DNA from: Raja brachyura
Taxonomy: Eukaryota
DNA length: 64,000 bases
Assembly (NCBI GenBank): GCA_963514005.1
Contig: OY740797.1
Coordinates: forward strand, 43,586,001 to 43,650,000
Direction: 5' to 3'
Every line of letters starts with the position of its first letter. Within the stretch, counting starts at the first letter, position 1. Below the pieces are notes generated by a model that did not search any database, was not told where the DNA came from, and saw nothing but the letters and a program-made list of their open reading frames with translations. Shown in pieces: positions 12,651 through 24,937 of the stretch. The translations under genes were made by a program, and so were the position numbers.

Positions 12651-14090
12651 AATTTCAAGGAATAGCCGTGAGTCAATTGCCAACTCACCAGCCGTGAGTG
12701 AGTGAGCTGCCAGCACAACAGGCTCAAGTGAGTTAGCTGCCAGCCCAAGAATCTATTCAGCCCACAATGTCCATACTAGCCCCCCGGAAACCATCCCTTC
12801 AGCCCACAACACCCATACTAGCGCTCCAGAAAGCACCCCCCCCCCCAACTGGCCACCAATATTGGAATTGGTGGAGAGGTGGAATATTGTGTTGGGGGAC
12901 CAGCCCTCCCGTGTGATGCTGGGACCCAACGGGTCCCACTTAGTCTCGTTATATTCTATATGGCTTGGCAATATTAACTGGGACTGGAATTACTAGTTAG
13001 GATACTCACCAATTTGTGATTCATTTTCACAATGATAAAACAGGTCCCTTTTATCTTCTATCTTCCTGTCACCTTGTTGAGTCAATTTCAGGCGTGGAAG
13101 ATGTTTTTGACTTTCTTCTTGTGAGAACTGCGAAAGCAGATGTTGGATGAGTTTGCCAGAGCCAATGATCCAGGGTAAGTTGTGGGATCGGAGCAGTAAA
13201 TAGAACAACGTTAATATGGCTGAACCATTGAAGGGTTTGGATATCAATGCATGAGAAAGACCAAAAGAATGTCAAGTATGGACTGTGGAATAATAGCTAT
13301 GATGTATTAGTAGGTTTTCATTTCCAGTGATATTAATCTCACACGCCAGGAAAGGAAATACTTAAAATGAATTTTGATTTAAAAGATGTAATTTGTTATT
13401 ACTTTTTGCCATTTTCATTAAAAATATTATTTACAAAAATATCTTACCATTCCAATCAAAACAATTACAATGAAATTGCAGACCAGTGAAACATTACAAA
13501 TATCAAACATTTTCCGATGATTGTGCCTGTGTTCATAATATCCGAGGATTATCCCTGCAAATACTCTCTGACAGTACGATTAATGCAATATGTAAATTGC
13601 CTTCATTTATTTGATATTAAATGTGTTTTAATCTCTTATATTTGCATTTTGAGGATGGGATCTCTGCAAGGGCTTTACATGCCACTGTTGGCATAGTGAT
13701 AAAATTAAAGCTTTCAATTTGAGATCCTGTTAAATATTTATTTAGGTGGAAGAATCTGATTGAGTTCCTTAATGAGAAGGCCATTTCATGAGCGATATTT
13801 AAGATTTCAATGTGAGTAGTTATGTAAAATTGTTACACCCCATGCCACGTAGTTAAAAATCATTTGTTTCAGAACAAATTAATAACTTGATGTTATTTCC
13901 TTTTATTGGTGCGTTCTGCACATAACATATCAAGGCTGTATGTAGTATTTTTAACTATTTTCTACAGTCCTAACAACTATTGGGACATATTTACCTAGTT
14001 TTGTATCACAGGACACTGGCATGATGTCAATTTTATTTTTATGTTTAATATCTCAAAATAATTTGTTAGATCTGTCGAGAAAGAACACTT

Positions 14091-14276
14091 GTGTAGGAAC
14101 CCTTGCTTTTCCTTCTCTCCATCCCTCCCCCTTTCCAGTTTTCCGACCAGTCTCCGTAACTCCCTCGCCTCTGACGCTCAGTCTGAAGAAGGGTCTCGAC
14201 CCGAAATGTCACCCATTCCTTCTATCCGGAGATGCTGCCTGTCCCGCTGAGTTGCTCTAGCATTTTGCGTCCATCT
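14091..14276 (+). mobile_element. Penelope-like 3' end/terminal repeat with 16-bp target site duplication
   Basis: C/T-rich UTR, then cagtCTGAAGAagggtctcgacccGAAAtGTCacc. Perfect flanking repeat tcgagaaagaacactt at 14075-14090 and 14277-14292. Confidence 0.85.
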
Positions 14277-17200
14277 TCGAGAAAGAACACTTCATGTCTG
14301 CGGATCTTAAAGGAGACCCGCTGTGCCATCGTGTGACTTCTTCCCTCCCCCTCTGCTTTCCTCTCCAGGCAGACTGGGACAGTGTCAGCTATCAGTCAGG
14401 GTGTGTTGCCAGGCCGCTTGACGAGCCTATGTTTCCAAATGACAAGGCCACAGCTCCGCTCTCCCAGGCCTGAGACAACATGGATCAAACCTGACAAAAA
14501 GGAGACATGAAGGAACAATCAGTACACATTCCCTCCCCTCTCTAATGGTGATGGGGATGCCTGAACAGCAGGGCTGGAGTAGAGCTAGTGCTTAGTTGTC
14601 TGTATATTGCCGATGGCAGGTAACACTGAGGTGGTTTTTTTGACCAACAGCAAGGGCTCCAGCTACCAGCTTTTACTGGCCTCTCTGTAATTTTTATTCT
14701 CAAAGGCAGTGGGAGTGAATTGATCAGCTCTCACAGCTTGTTGCACCACAACCCCCAGAAAATATATGTCTGATTAGAAATGTAATTGCACAACATCCTA
14801 AGAAACAAAGATAGAATGTGATGAAGCCTTCCTTCAGTAAAGCCGTGTTCTACACCAAAGTTAAAAGAGTTTATTTTGTTTTGCTGACATGTCATTTTTA
14901 TTTCCAAACCTCTTAAAACTGGTCTTGTCTCAGTTTGCAGCAGCATTGCAGATTTTTTCTGCGAAAAAGAAAAAAAATGAAGTTTTGTTTATACTCCCAG
15001 TGCTGAGTGCATCCTGTTTGGACTGACTTCAGAGTCCATGTTTAATACAATACAGTGTTGAATTGTGAAGCTTTTGCTTTCATTCTGTTCAAACTTTTTC
15101 CAAGCAGTCCATTTTTGACAATGGGCATTAGGTTATGGGAAATATAATGCTGACATTTGCAGGAGACAGCTCGAATCATTCATTCCACCCCTTCTCTCCC
15201 AAAGTGCTTTGAACTTGCTGCACCAAATTATGAGTATTAGAAGACTTTTTTTCTAAATTGAATCTGGTAATTCGGTTTAAACACTTATTGCATCTTTTCT
15301 CATCTTTTGCCATCAGTTTTTCTTGTTAATGTATAAATCTGTTCGAAAACGATCAGAAAACAATTAAAACTCTTTTGTTGTGGGAGAAGACTCCTGCTAT
15401 CAAAGTGAAGGCACTGTGAAAAGTCTGGCTGTGAATGTGTGAATATACAAAGATTCATATTTTAAGACATCGTTTTCTGATACTCTTGAATGTCCATAGT
15501 ACATCGTTTGCCATTTTGAAACATTGGTCGTGTGTGTATGTGTTGGAACAGATTAGGTGATGGTTACTTATTCAGTGATATCTATCCCCTGTTTTCATTG
15601 CTCTTGCAACAAAGAACAAGTATGCCTCCAACAGCTTTATTTTTTTAATTGGGGTGAGGAGTTTTGGTTGAAATTTGCCCAGGTGGCCATCAGTAAATGA
15701 CTGACCTCTCAAATGTTACAGAAAATTGGGGGGAAAAAAAGCACATGTGGTGTACATGGACAGAAATGAAGCTTTCCAAAGACTAACCACTTATCATCAG
15801 CATCTGTGGAACAGTACTGCATCGCCACATGAAGGTTCTGAATTTATAAAGCACCAATATATTTACATTTTTTAAGAAAATGATATTGGGGCTGTTCCAA
15901 TCATGGCAAGCTGTTGATTTTTTTTTGGTTGCAAATATTTGCAATTAAAATATGCTCAAGTGTGAAGAAATAAAAATAGAGCAAATGGATTTTTAAACAA
16001 AGTTTTCAGTAAAGTTTAAAATGCATTTGTTGATGCCTGCTATTTCTTTCTAAATTCGGAAAATAATTTATCCTTTAAATCCTTGTGTAAATAATGTTTT
16101 TCTTCACTGTAGAAATGAAGAACTGCCTTGTTCTTCTATGGCCAGCATTATCCTCATTCCCCCCCCCCCCCCCCCCATGTTTTGGTTATTTTAACAAGTT
16201 ACACTGTGAGGTTTGAAGGAACCAAGTGACTAATTTTTTTTTTTTCAGAGCTAACATTTAAAATTTATTGTCAGTGACGAATGACATTCTTCTAATGTTG
16301 CTGGGGCTGACTTTAATTTCAGTGCACCTTATTAATCATTAGGAGTATGCAGTTGCAAAAGCGAGTTCAGTTTTGACAGTGTAGCCCACATCTGTCACTA
16401 ATGCCAATCCCAGCAGTCAGTGCAAACAATTGTCCCAGTGACTCATTTGTATGACAAATGGCAGACATGGCAGACTGTCGGGCTTGTGTCATTTACCTTT
16501 TTTTTTCGTTAAGAAAGGGCAGGGTTTTTTTTTTCTATTCCACTCCCTGATAGTGTAGTAAGAACAAGGTCAAAGTACATGAGAGCTTTAATTTAATCAC
16601 AACATTAGAGACAATATTCAACCTCACTTTGGAATAAGCACGGCAAGAGAAGCTGCATTTATATTTTTAATGAAGTAACAGGCAACGCTGATCCCTGGGG
16701 AGAGGCTCTATTTGGAAAGGAAAGTGACTCCTTTCCTCTTTGGTTGCTGCAGTCACTAATCATGACCCTGTTTGCCTCTGCGTTGGGTTGCTGCTCACTG
16801 TGTTAGCTGTGCAGAAGAAAAGTGCATCTCCTCCTATACCCTGAAAAGGGGCAGCATCTATTTCATTGAACTGGCTGTCACAAAGCACAGATAATTGAAT
16901 AATGGTTAGTCTTCCAAAGTTTATCATAAAAGTGGGCTCGCCTGCAGGAGCATTATTTCAGAGTGGTCTGATTCGGTTGATTTTCTCTCCTGTTCTGGTA
17001 ACTGGGATCTCGTTGAAAGGTCCTTCTGATGTCCAGTTGCTCATTGTCCTCTGGTTGACAGGAGTAATAGCTGCACAGAGTGGCACTTCTGCCTTTGGAA
17101 GCCGAGTCCAGACCTCCGCATCTCACTGCAATATTTTTTTGTTAAAACACTTTAAAATAGATAATGGGTTTGAAAGTGATCAACAACAATGCACGTCGGG

Positions 17201-17299
17201 TTACTAATAACCTGGTTGACATTCTTACCTTAGAAGGAGGAAAACAAAATATGGTGTAAAACGCTCTTCCCTTCCCTCCCACTGATGGCATTGACTAGT

Positions 17300-17445
17300 T
17301 TCATATCGTGTATTCACGCATAACTTTGTTTTATTGTATTGTTTATTATATTGTTTATGGAGTACTATGTTTGCATATTCTGTTGTGCTGCTGCAAGTAA
17401 GAATTCCATTGTTCTGTCCGGGACATGTGACAATAAAACACTCCT
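17300..17445 (+). mobile_element. Rex1/Babar-type LINE 3' UTR
   Basis: ctgttgtgctgctgcaag...ccattgttc...gggacatgtgacaataaaacactc is the reverse complement of ~35-100. Confidence 0.7.
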
Positions 17446-20224
17446 GCTCTTAAATGATGTCTGCCAATTATGAACGTTTTTATTGATAGAAGATGCATTT
17501 AAATTCTTTCTAAAATGTCCTCAATCCAAATATTGAATATTATAGTTTGGACAGACTTAGGTGACCCTAGGTTTGCACAACATTCTGCAATTTCAACCTA
17601 ATAGTTTATGTGATTTTCCAACCTCGTTATTTGGTAGTCTACCTATGACATTAACCAATGGCTGGAATCTATTACTTGTAATACTTTTCTAACGCAGTCG
17701 GTGCAGACTGACAACAAAGGCGAGCATTGTGGCCTTTGCTGCAAATGTATGAAGTGTATATACTATCTCAGTCTGTCGTTATCTACATTTATTTTCTCTC
17801 CATAAATAACATCATGGTGAGCCACAAGCTCTGATTGTGGGAAGGTTGTGTTTTACATCTCTGAACTTGACCTCAGATTGTTCAGATAGGCTCTGGGCGA
17901 AGCGCCGTAGTCTGCCATCTCACTGCCTGAAATTAAAGGGAAAGTGTGAGAAAGCCGAGGGCCTTTCAACACAGCCTGACCCTTCGTGAAATTTATTCCC
18001 TGCCAAATTCATAGCAGGTTTGGGTCCCAGCTGGACAGCATCACAGCCCTGTCTTTGTAAATGTCTGTTACACATCACTGTGTCTGTGACTGACTAATGG
18101 GTGTGATTGCCCCAGGTCTCAAGAACGCAATTGTCTTTATCTAAATAGGTCCAGTTTTTTTGTATTTCATTTACATTTCAGTGCTCATTAGTGTGTAATG
18201 GATAAAAATCTAGTGGCCAGGTGGCAAATGGCTATCTTAAAATGACAAGTGGCAATTAAAACAGAATGCAACATGGTGACAGGACTGAAACTGTTTCTCG
18301 TGTGCAGTTCCTGTCACCGGACTGTTTTAGACCACTGGTTTACTCCAGGGTCCGAAAAAGCAAGACTCACTTAACACCCAGAACATTCCTTCACCATTTA
18401 ATTCTTAGTGTTAACTTTATCAATTCTGTTTACACATCAATTCTTCTCAGTAAGTGACGGCAGCGATACATGGTGCAGGGGGATCGCTGGGAGATTTTGC
18501 CCTCAGGTTGTGGGGTCACAGTGCATTCTGCTCGCAAATCCTCACACCTCTGGGTGTGCAGCACAAAACCCGAGAAACCCATCTTCCTAGAACCACTGGC
18601 AAACTTAGCAGTTGTACAAAATCTATCAACTGAAGATAGATCCTCCCTGTTAGATAAGGGTGGTTCCTTGTTTTATTTTAACCAGAATTATCTACACACT
18701 GTGACATCACCATCATCTTGTCCTTGGCAACTGAAAAATCTAGCTGACTGTTAGCCAGTCCTCAGTGAGACTAAAGAGAATCAGAGAAACAAGGAAGGTC
18801 AAATGATAGTAGTTTTGCGAGTAAAACATCCAAAAATTGCTGGGAAAGGAGAGGTTTAAATGGAATTTAACAGCACCATCCAAATCCAAGTGCGGAATCT
18901 CCGATCAGCGAAATACATCACCTTTGAAAAAATGTTTTTTTACATCAATGGCTGCAGCTTTCAAACTGGGATTTGTTGAGTTATTACCATGTGCCTCTGT
19001 TTCTAATAAAATCGGCTTTCGACTACAAAAAGCACCTTTTCTCAGAGTATAAGGCTCCCTTCATACGCTGCAAAGCACAGTTTCCTTCAGAGTGAAATAT
19101 TTGCTAAATGAAGGCCACTCATCTGGAAAAGGATATGTCCGCTGCTTTGATTTTCACGTCGATTAGTGCCATGGATTTAAAAATTGTATTTTTTTGGCTT
19201 TATTTTAAGATTTAAGAGGCTTGCACCTGTAGAACTGCTGACCGCTCAAGATGTTTACAGCACTAATATACCTTTGCTCTCCTGGGAAACTAAAAGACCT
19301 GAGTAACGTGCATATGCTGTGTACTCATTAAAAGTGATCTATTTATCGGCCCATGATAAAATATAATCGCAGGCAGCACAGCGTATGGTTTCCTCTGGGC
19401 TTTGGACACCACTCATTATGTTGTCCCCTCCATTGATTTTAAAGTTGCATTTTGAAAGAGTCTTACTTACTCCATGCATTATCTCGACACATTGATCAGG
19501 CCTGATTGAGAACCTATAAAGTTCCGAGCACATAATGGGAACTTGGCATGGTCATCTGTTAGGATGATGCTGAGAGAAAGGAAATGAGGTTGACATGTTA
19601 TAGCAATTTTATTTACAATTAACATGGCCAAAATGATTGCAGTTATTGATCCTTTTACAATTATGTATTGTTTACATTACAGGATCTTATTGCTAAAGAA
19701 GATATTCGATAATTGTTACATTATCTAATATAAAGTTTGCTCAGCTCAGGTTTGAGTCACATTTGCATACTTCCTCTCTCCTTAACGACAGTATTAACAA
19801 AGCACTTCCTATCCCTGTAACAGCAATAATAGTGCAATTTGGTTCAGAAAGTGTATTCATCTGAAGACTGGCATTCTCGATCAGATAGCTGGGCAGGAGA
19901 GTGTCTCTGGCAGGGCAGGACTCAAGCGGGAACAGTGCACTGGTGACTGAAGGTAGGCTAACCATTTGACTTTCATTGTTTCCCGACCTTGGGAGGAAAT
20001 TCATTTTGTGTTCACCTGACCCAAGAGAGAATAGGGAAAAGTTGACAGAAGTGGCTTTATTGTGAGTCTTTTTAAATACTGAATGTTTTTGCCATAAAGA
20101 GTAATTGAAGCAGAGACTATTGTACCTTTTAAAGTGAAAAATACAAGCATTATTTAAGACAGTGAAGATAGGAGAATCAGTGGAAGAACCCAAGTTAGCT
20201 TTGGATTGATTTAAGGTAAGATAT

Positions 20225-20392
20225 GGAAAAATGTAGAAACAAAAATATGCAGATGTTGGTTAATACACAATGGGGCATAAAGTGCAGGAATAACTCAGCA
20301 GGTCAGGCGGCATCTCTGGGGAACATGGGACTGGTGACGTTTCAGGTCGAGACCCTTCTCCAGACTGTGCAGAGTTACTCCAGCACTTTGTT
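20225..20392 (-). mobile_element. Penelope-like terminal repeat foldback
   Basis: taactcagcaggtcaggcggcatctctg...gtgacgtttcaggtcgagacccttctccagactg, then the inverted gagttactccagcactttg. Confidence 0.7.
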
Positions 20393-21699
20393 TCCTTTTA
20401 AGGTTAGACATGGAATGGGCACAGTGGGCCAAATGAGTGAAACTGTTGCAAACAAGCAGGGGATTCAGAATTTGAAAGCTGGGTTCTTCCCGGTGCCAGT
20501 GCTTTCAAGTTTATAAAAAAATTAGTCTAGTTGCAATTTAAATTTATCGTGCGGTCATGTGACTCAACCCCACTCCTTAACATGAGGTCTTCAGGTTGTC
20601 AGGTGATCAGCAAGATCCCGAGCAACTGAAATCAGAGACTAGTGGTGAATGCACGTTCCTGAAACCGATCTCTTCTTCATTGAAGAATTGACCTGGGATC
20701 GCCCTGGTTTAACCAGATTCTATTTGCATGCATGAGTAAGAACCAGTGCAGCAACAACAGGCACCAACCAAGTGCTTGGAAAAAAATCTGGTCCATTCCA
20801 TGTGTAGAAAGTATGGATAATGTGTATTATATTAAGACAGCATAAATCACAGTATAATATCTAGGGGGAAACCAATGTGGGGTTGCAGGCTACAGATTAA
20901 TAATGGGCTGTGAATACATATGTTGTTAAATGATTCCCATTCGATGTAATCAGCACACTCACATCCTAATGATGTAATCCAAACAAAATAGCTAAAGCGA
21001 TAGCTTCTTAATTAAAATAAATATAATGATCCCATTTGGCAAAGACTCTGGACTCTAGTGACGATCTTAAGAAAGTTGAGTTGATCGAAAGAAACTTAAA
21101 TAGATTTGCGCACAAATTTCTACCAAATGCGTGCATATGTTTTGCTCAAATGTTTTCCATCCTAGTTCTGCTTCAGATGCATCGGTTTAGGGAACGCTTC
21201 ACTCGGTGCCCGAGCATAGCTTGAAGCAATATCCCCAAATATAAATCAAGCTGGCTCTTCCACTGTGGAAACTACTGGAATTAAGCCTGATCCCAATGTC
21301 AATTTATATTTATGAATGCATGCTTCATTATACACTGATCAAGTTTAAGAATTATGGTTATTGTTCGCCTTCTTAAATGTGGTGACAAATTGCTATTCCC
21401 CCTTTGAGATGAACTAAATCAATACAGATGTGTTCCAACCCTCAGCCCTTCCAAACTTCATCTACACAGGGTTTCACATGGGGTGTACATTTCCAAATGG
21501 AAACATTAAAAATTGTGTGTTTGCTGGTCAAAAAAGACAACCTGCAACTATATCATTTGTAGGTTCAGAATGATATTAAAGTGCAGTCAACCCTTGTTTT
21601 GATGGATCTCTCTATAATGGATTTTGGTTATAGTGGATGGAATTACTGATAGCTGCTGATGCCAGCACTGGCTTGCACTTTCCTACCCCGGTCGCTTAC

Positions 21700-21977
21700 A
21701 GCCCCGACTGCCGATGCCACCCTCGGCTCACAAGGTGGAACCGGCGAATCCTTCTTCACCACCTGCTGCACCGTCCGGTTGATGGCTGTTGTTGACGGCT
21801 CACGTTGTAACCCCTGGCCGGCAGCACTTTCTTCAGGTTGCCGCCACGGACAGGACACGCTCGGTCACCGTGCGACTCTCTCCCCGCTCACCAGCTGCCG
21901 CTTCTTCCTGTTGGCCATCGCTTTGTCCACTCGGCCTCCTCCTCCTCCTCCTCTTCCTGCCCAGTGGTCACCGACAT
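21700..21977 (-). pseudogene. Degenerate histone H1-like sequence (left arm)
   Basis: With frameshifts it reads MSVTTGQEEEEEEEA / VDKAMANRKKRQLVSGE / SRTVTERVLSVAA / LKKVLPARGYNVSR / AINRTVQQVVKKDS. Compare the H1 globular domain [30 protein letters not shown]. Confidence 0.6.
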
Positions 21978-21992
21978 ACTCCGCCTTGGAAC

Positions 21993-22275
21993 ATGTCGGT
22001 GGCTGCGGTGGAGAAGGACGAGGAGGGACTAGAGGAGTGGACAAAGCGATGGGAGAAGAGGAAGAGGAGGCAGCGGTGGAGGGGGTAGCAGACAAAGCTG
22101 CGGCCGACAGAGAGAAACAGCAGCTGGTGAGAGGGGAGGGAGCCCCATGGTGACCGAGCGTGTCCTGTCGAAAACACTGTCAGCCTGGGGCTACAACGTG
22201 ATCTGCTTCAACTGGACAGTGAGGGAGCTGATGAAGCAAGGCTCGCTGGTGCAGACCAGCGGCATTGATGCCTAG
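21993..22275 (+). pseudogene. Degenerate histone H1-like sequence (right arm)
   Basis: Starts ATG TCG GTG with an acidic N-terminus. 22147-22275 reads MVTERVLSKTLSAWGYNVICFNWTVRELMKQGSLVQTSGIDA*. GYNV and GSLVQTSG match H1 GYDV and GTLVQTKG. Confidence 0.65.
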
Positions 22276-22479
22276 TGAAAGGTGAAAGGACACAAAGTGC
22301 TGGAGAACCGCCATGCTATGATCAATACATTTCTCCTCATCTCGCTCTTCAAATCAAATGCTTATTTTGAGAATGTGTCTCTTGGTTCTAGATACCCAGC
22401 CAGGGAAAACATCATCCCTACATCTATTATTCCAAACTTGAAAGGACTTAGCATGTTTCATTGAGATCACATCTTATCT

Positions 22480-22632
22480 CACTTCACAGAAGGCTATGGA
22501 GGCCAAGTGAGCGGATACATTTAAGGCTATATATATATATATATATATATAGATTCTTGATTAGTGTGGGCACCGGAGGTTATGGGGAGAAGGCAGCAGA
22601 ATGGGGTTCAGAGGGAGAGATAGATTAGCCTT
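22480..22632 (+). mobile_element. CR1 LINE 3' fragment with (TA)n
   Basis: cagaaggctatggaggccaagt...ggttatggggagaaggcagcagaatgggg; (TA)n at ~22528-22551. Confidence 0.75.
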
Positions 22633-24439
22633 GATGAATGGTAGAGTAGACAGTCCGTTCCTATACAAGAGGTCTTTACTATTGCATTCAAGTCCCCGTG
22701 CAATAAATGGCATAATTTGCCTTAAATAAAAACTCAAAGTGCGTGAGATGCTCGGCAGGTCAGTGTAGAGAGAGAAACAGAGTTCCCGAGTCAGGTCAAT
22801 ATTTTTTCGTCAGAACTATTGACCTATCCAATTGCTTTGTGCACCTGCATATTAACTTTCAGACACTGATGTCTCTCAAAACGTCAACATTTTTCAGTCT
22901 TTCACCCTTTGCTTTTTCTCTGCTTTTCTATTGAAGTGTCAGGAATGGGGACTAGTTTGCACAGTTGAGGGGTGTTGTTTCACCAATGGCAGAGAGAATT
23001 GGAGAACGTGGCAATCAGCTCTTTAGTTAGGGATTTGCAGACCATCATATACCTGGTTCCTTTTTGGGAATTATATTATGCTCGGAACAAAATGTGTTGA
23101 GAAGGAAATGAAAAAAAAAGGAATATAAAGTCACCACAGATGTTTTTTATATAATGGAGAAATTTGCTACATTTCTAAAATATGAAACTGTGGGAACTCG
23201 CTAAGTTTAAGATCAATTATGCAAGTATAATTGCGATTGAAAGCATTTATTAACATTTTGGACCATTAAATATGCATCTTCTGAACGACAGATATTGTAC
23301 CATTTCCACCTAATTATGGTATGAATTCAAAGTAATGCTGAAAAAAGTCTCATTAACTTGAAATATTAAAGAAGGATTCTTATTCTGTGACACAGCTTTG
23401 AGTCCATCAGAACAAAAGGCAGTAACCGTATATATAAAAGTTTAGGAAATAAAAGAAAAACCAATTTTGTTTTTTAAAATAAGCTTCATTAATATTTCTG
23501 AAATCTGGCCAAGGAAACTGAAATTAAAAAGAACCAGCAGCTTCTGTAGATTGACGATGCAAATGATCAAGAGTTTGGACTTTTAATGGTGACTTTCGTT
23601 AATCTTTGGCTCAATCATAATGGTTTGTGTGGATAAAAATGTGGTAGGAAGTCAGTTTATATTCTTGATTAGAACCACTCGCTTTTGATGTAAAAAGAGG
23701 TTTATAAAATACCGCACTCCCACACAATCACGGAAGATGGTGCATATTAAAATGGTGATTATTTAAAATAAAACTTCATAGTTTATCAGAATGTGGTTTT
23801 AATTACCTTCAGATCAGTACATTCATGCAATAAAAGTTTGGAACTTGTAAAAGCAACCTGCGCTTGATGTTACTTACAGTTTGCAGAGGCATTTTGCGAC
23901 GCTCCAATTTCCTACCCAGTAATAAAACATGTTTGCTTTCATCAAAATCTAGTTATTTTTATTTAGCAAGGCTTTGGCCTCAGAAGGATATTGAGGCACA
24001 GACAGGGTGGAAAGAAGGCGCACAAGGTGGATAACAAAAATATCAGCAAGGGCTAGACGGACTATTTTGTTTTCTTGAGAAAAGTTGTGGGCTAATCTTA
24101 TAAGATCTTTAAAATTGCAAATGGTTTTAATAGACGTGGATGCAAGAAACATAACTAGAGGCCGCCAATACAAGCCAGTCACCAACTAACCTGAAGGGCA
24201 ATTCGAGAAAAAAAACACTTATTAGACCAAGTGGTTGATACCAACAGGAGTGATGGTGGCAACAACTTCATTAAAGGCTGGACAAGCTTCCAAGGGAGAA
24301 GGAATGGAGACTTTCACTGAAGGAAATTGAGTGAGGAAATTTAGGAATGCAGTATAAATGCCAGAATAGCCTGAAAAAAATCATTTTATGTGCTGTTTTT
24401 AACCAATATAATCTTACGTAATTTTGCGGTTACCTTGAT

Positions 24440-24535
24440 GGTAGACATAAAATGCCGGAATAACTCATCGGGACAGGCGGCATTTCTGGAGAGAAGGAAT
24501 GGGTGACGATTTGGGTCAAGACTCATCTTCAGTCT
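24440..24535 (-). mobile_element. Penelope-like terminal repeat fragment
   Basis: gtagacataaaatgccggaataactcatcgggacaggcggc...gggtgacgatttgggtcaagactcatcttcag. Confidence 0.7.
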
Positions 24536-24937
24536 TTTTTTTGCCATTATCTTCCTCTGTTGATTGAGGCAGTTTCAGAAGGTTTTTTCCTCCATTATCA
24601 ATACTGCGAGAATAAGTTTCTGGTCCAGATTTCCAGGCAGGTTTATGTTTGCACGTGTTAATTACTCATTTGTTTGTGACTGTAATTCCAATAAAAGATG
24701 AGGAAGAGATGAACTAAGTTTGTTCAAGTTGAATCGCAAGTGACTTCTGTTTCTGAACTTAAAACTGTTATGTCCCTGACAATTGTGAACTGGAGTTTAT
24801 GGAATACATTTGAAAACATCTTTTAGCACGGTTTCAAGGTGAAGCTTCTTATCACATGGAATTACCATCACATTAGTGGAACATACATCAGAAAAATCTA
24901 CAGCCCAGGAGTCCCGCAAGCCTGAAAGTGTGTTAAA

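Larger units (their letters stand above)
11667..12948 (+). mobile_element. Non-autonomous Helitron with duplicated 5' module
   Basis: Inserted between A and T. 5' end TCTATATATTACTAAAAG; 3' subterminal hairpin GGGACCC-aac-GGGTCCC (12921-12937) followed by acttagtCTCG|T (CTRR variant). A second 5' end TCTATATAATTAAAAG starts at 12210. Confidence 0.75.

Noticed and set aside
21659-22153. 164-aa GC-rich ORF and overlapping ORFs as a real gene
   Set aside because: They are by-products of the GC-rich palindrome. The H1-like similarity lies in other, frameshifted frames.
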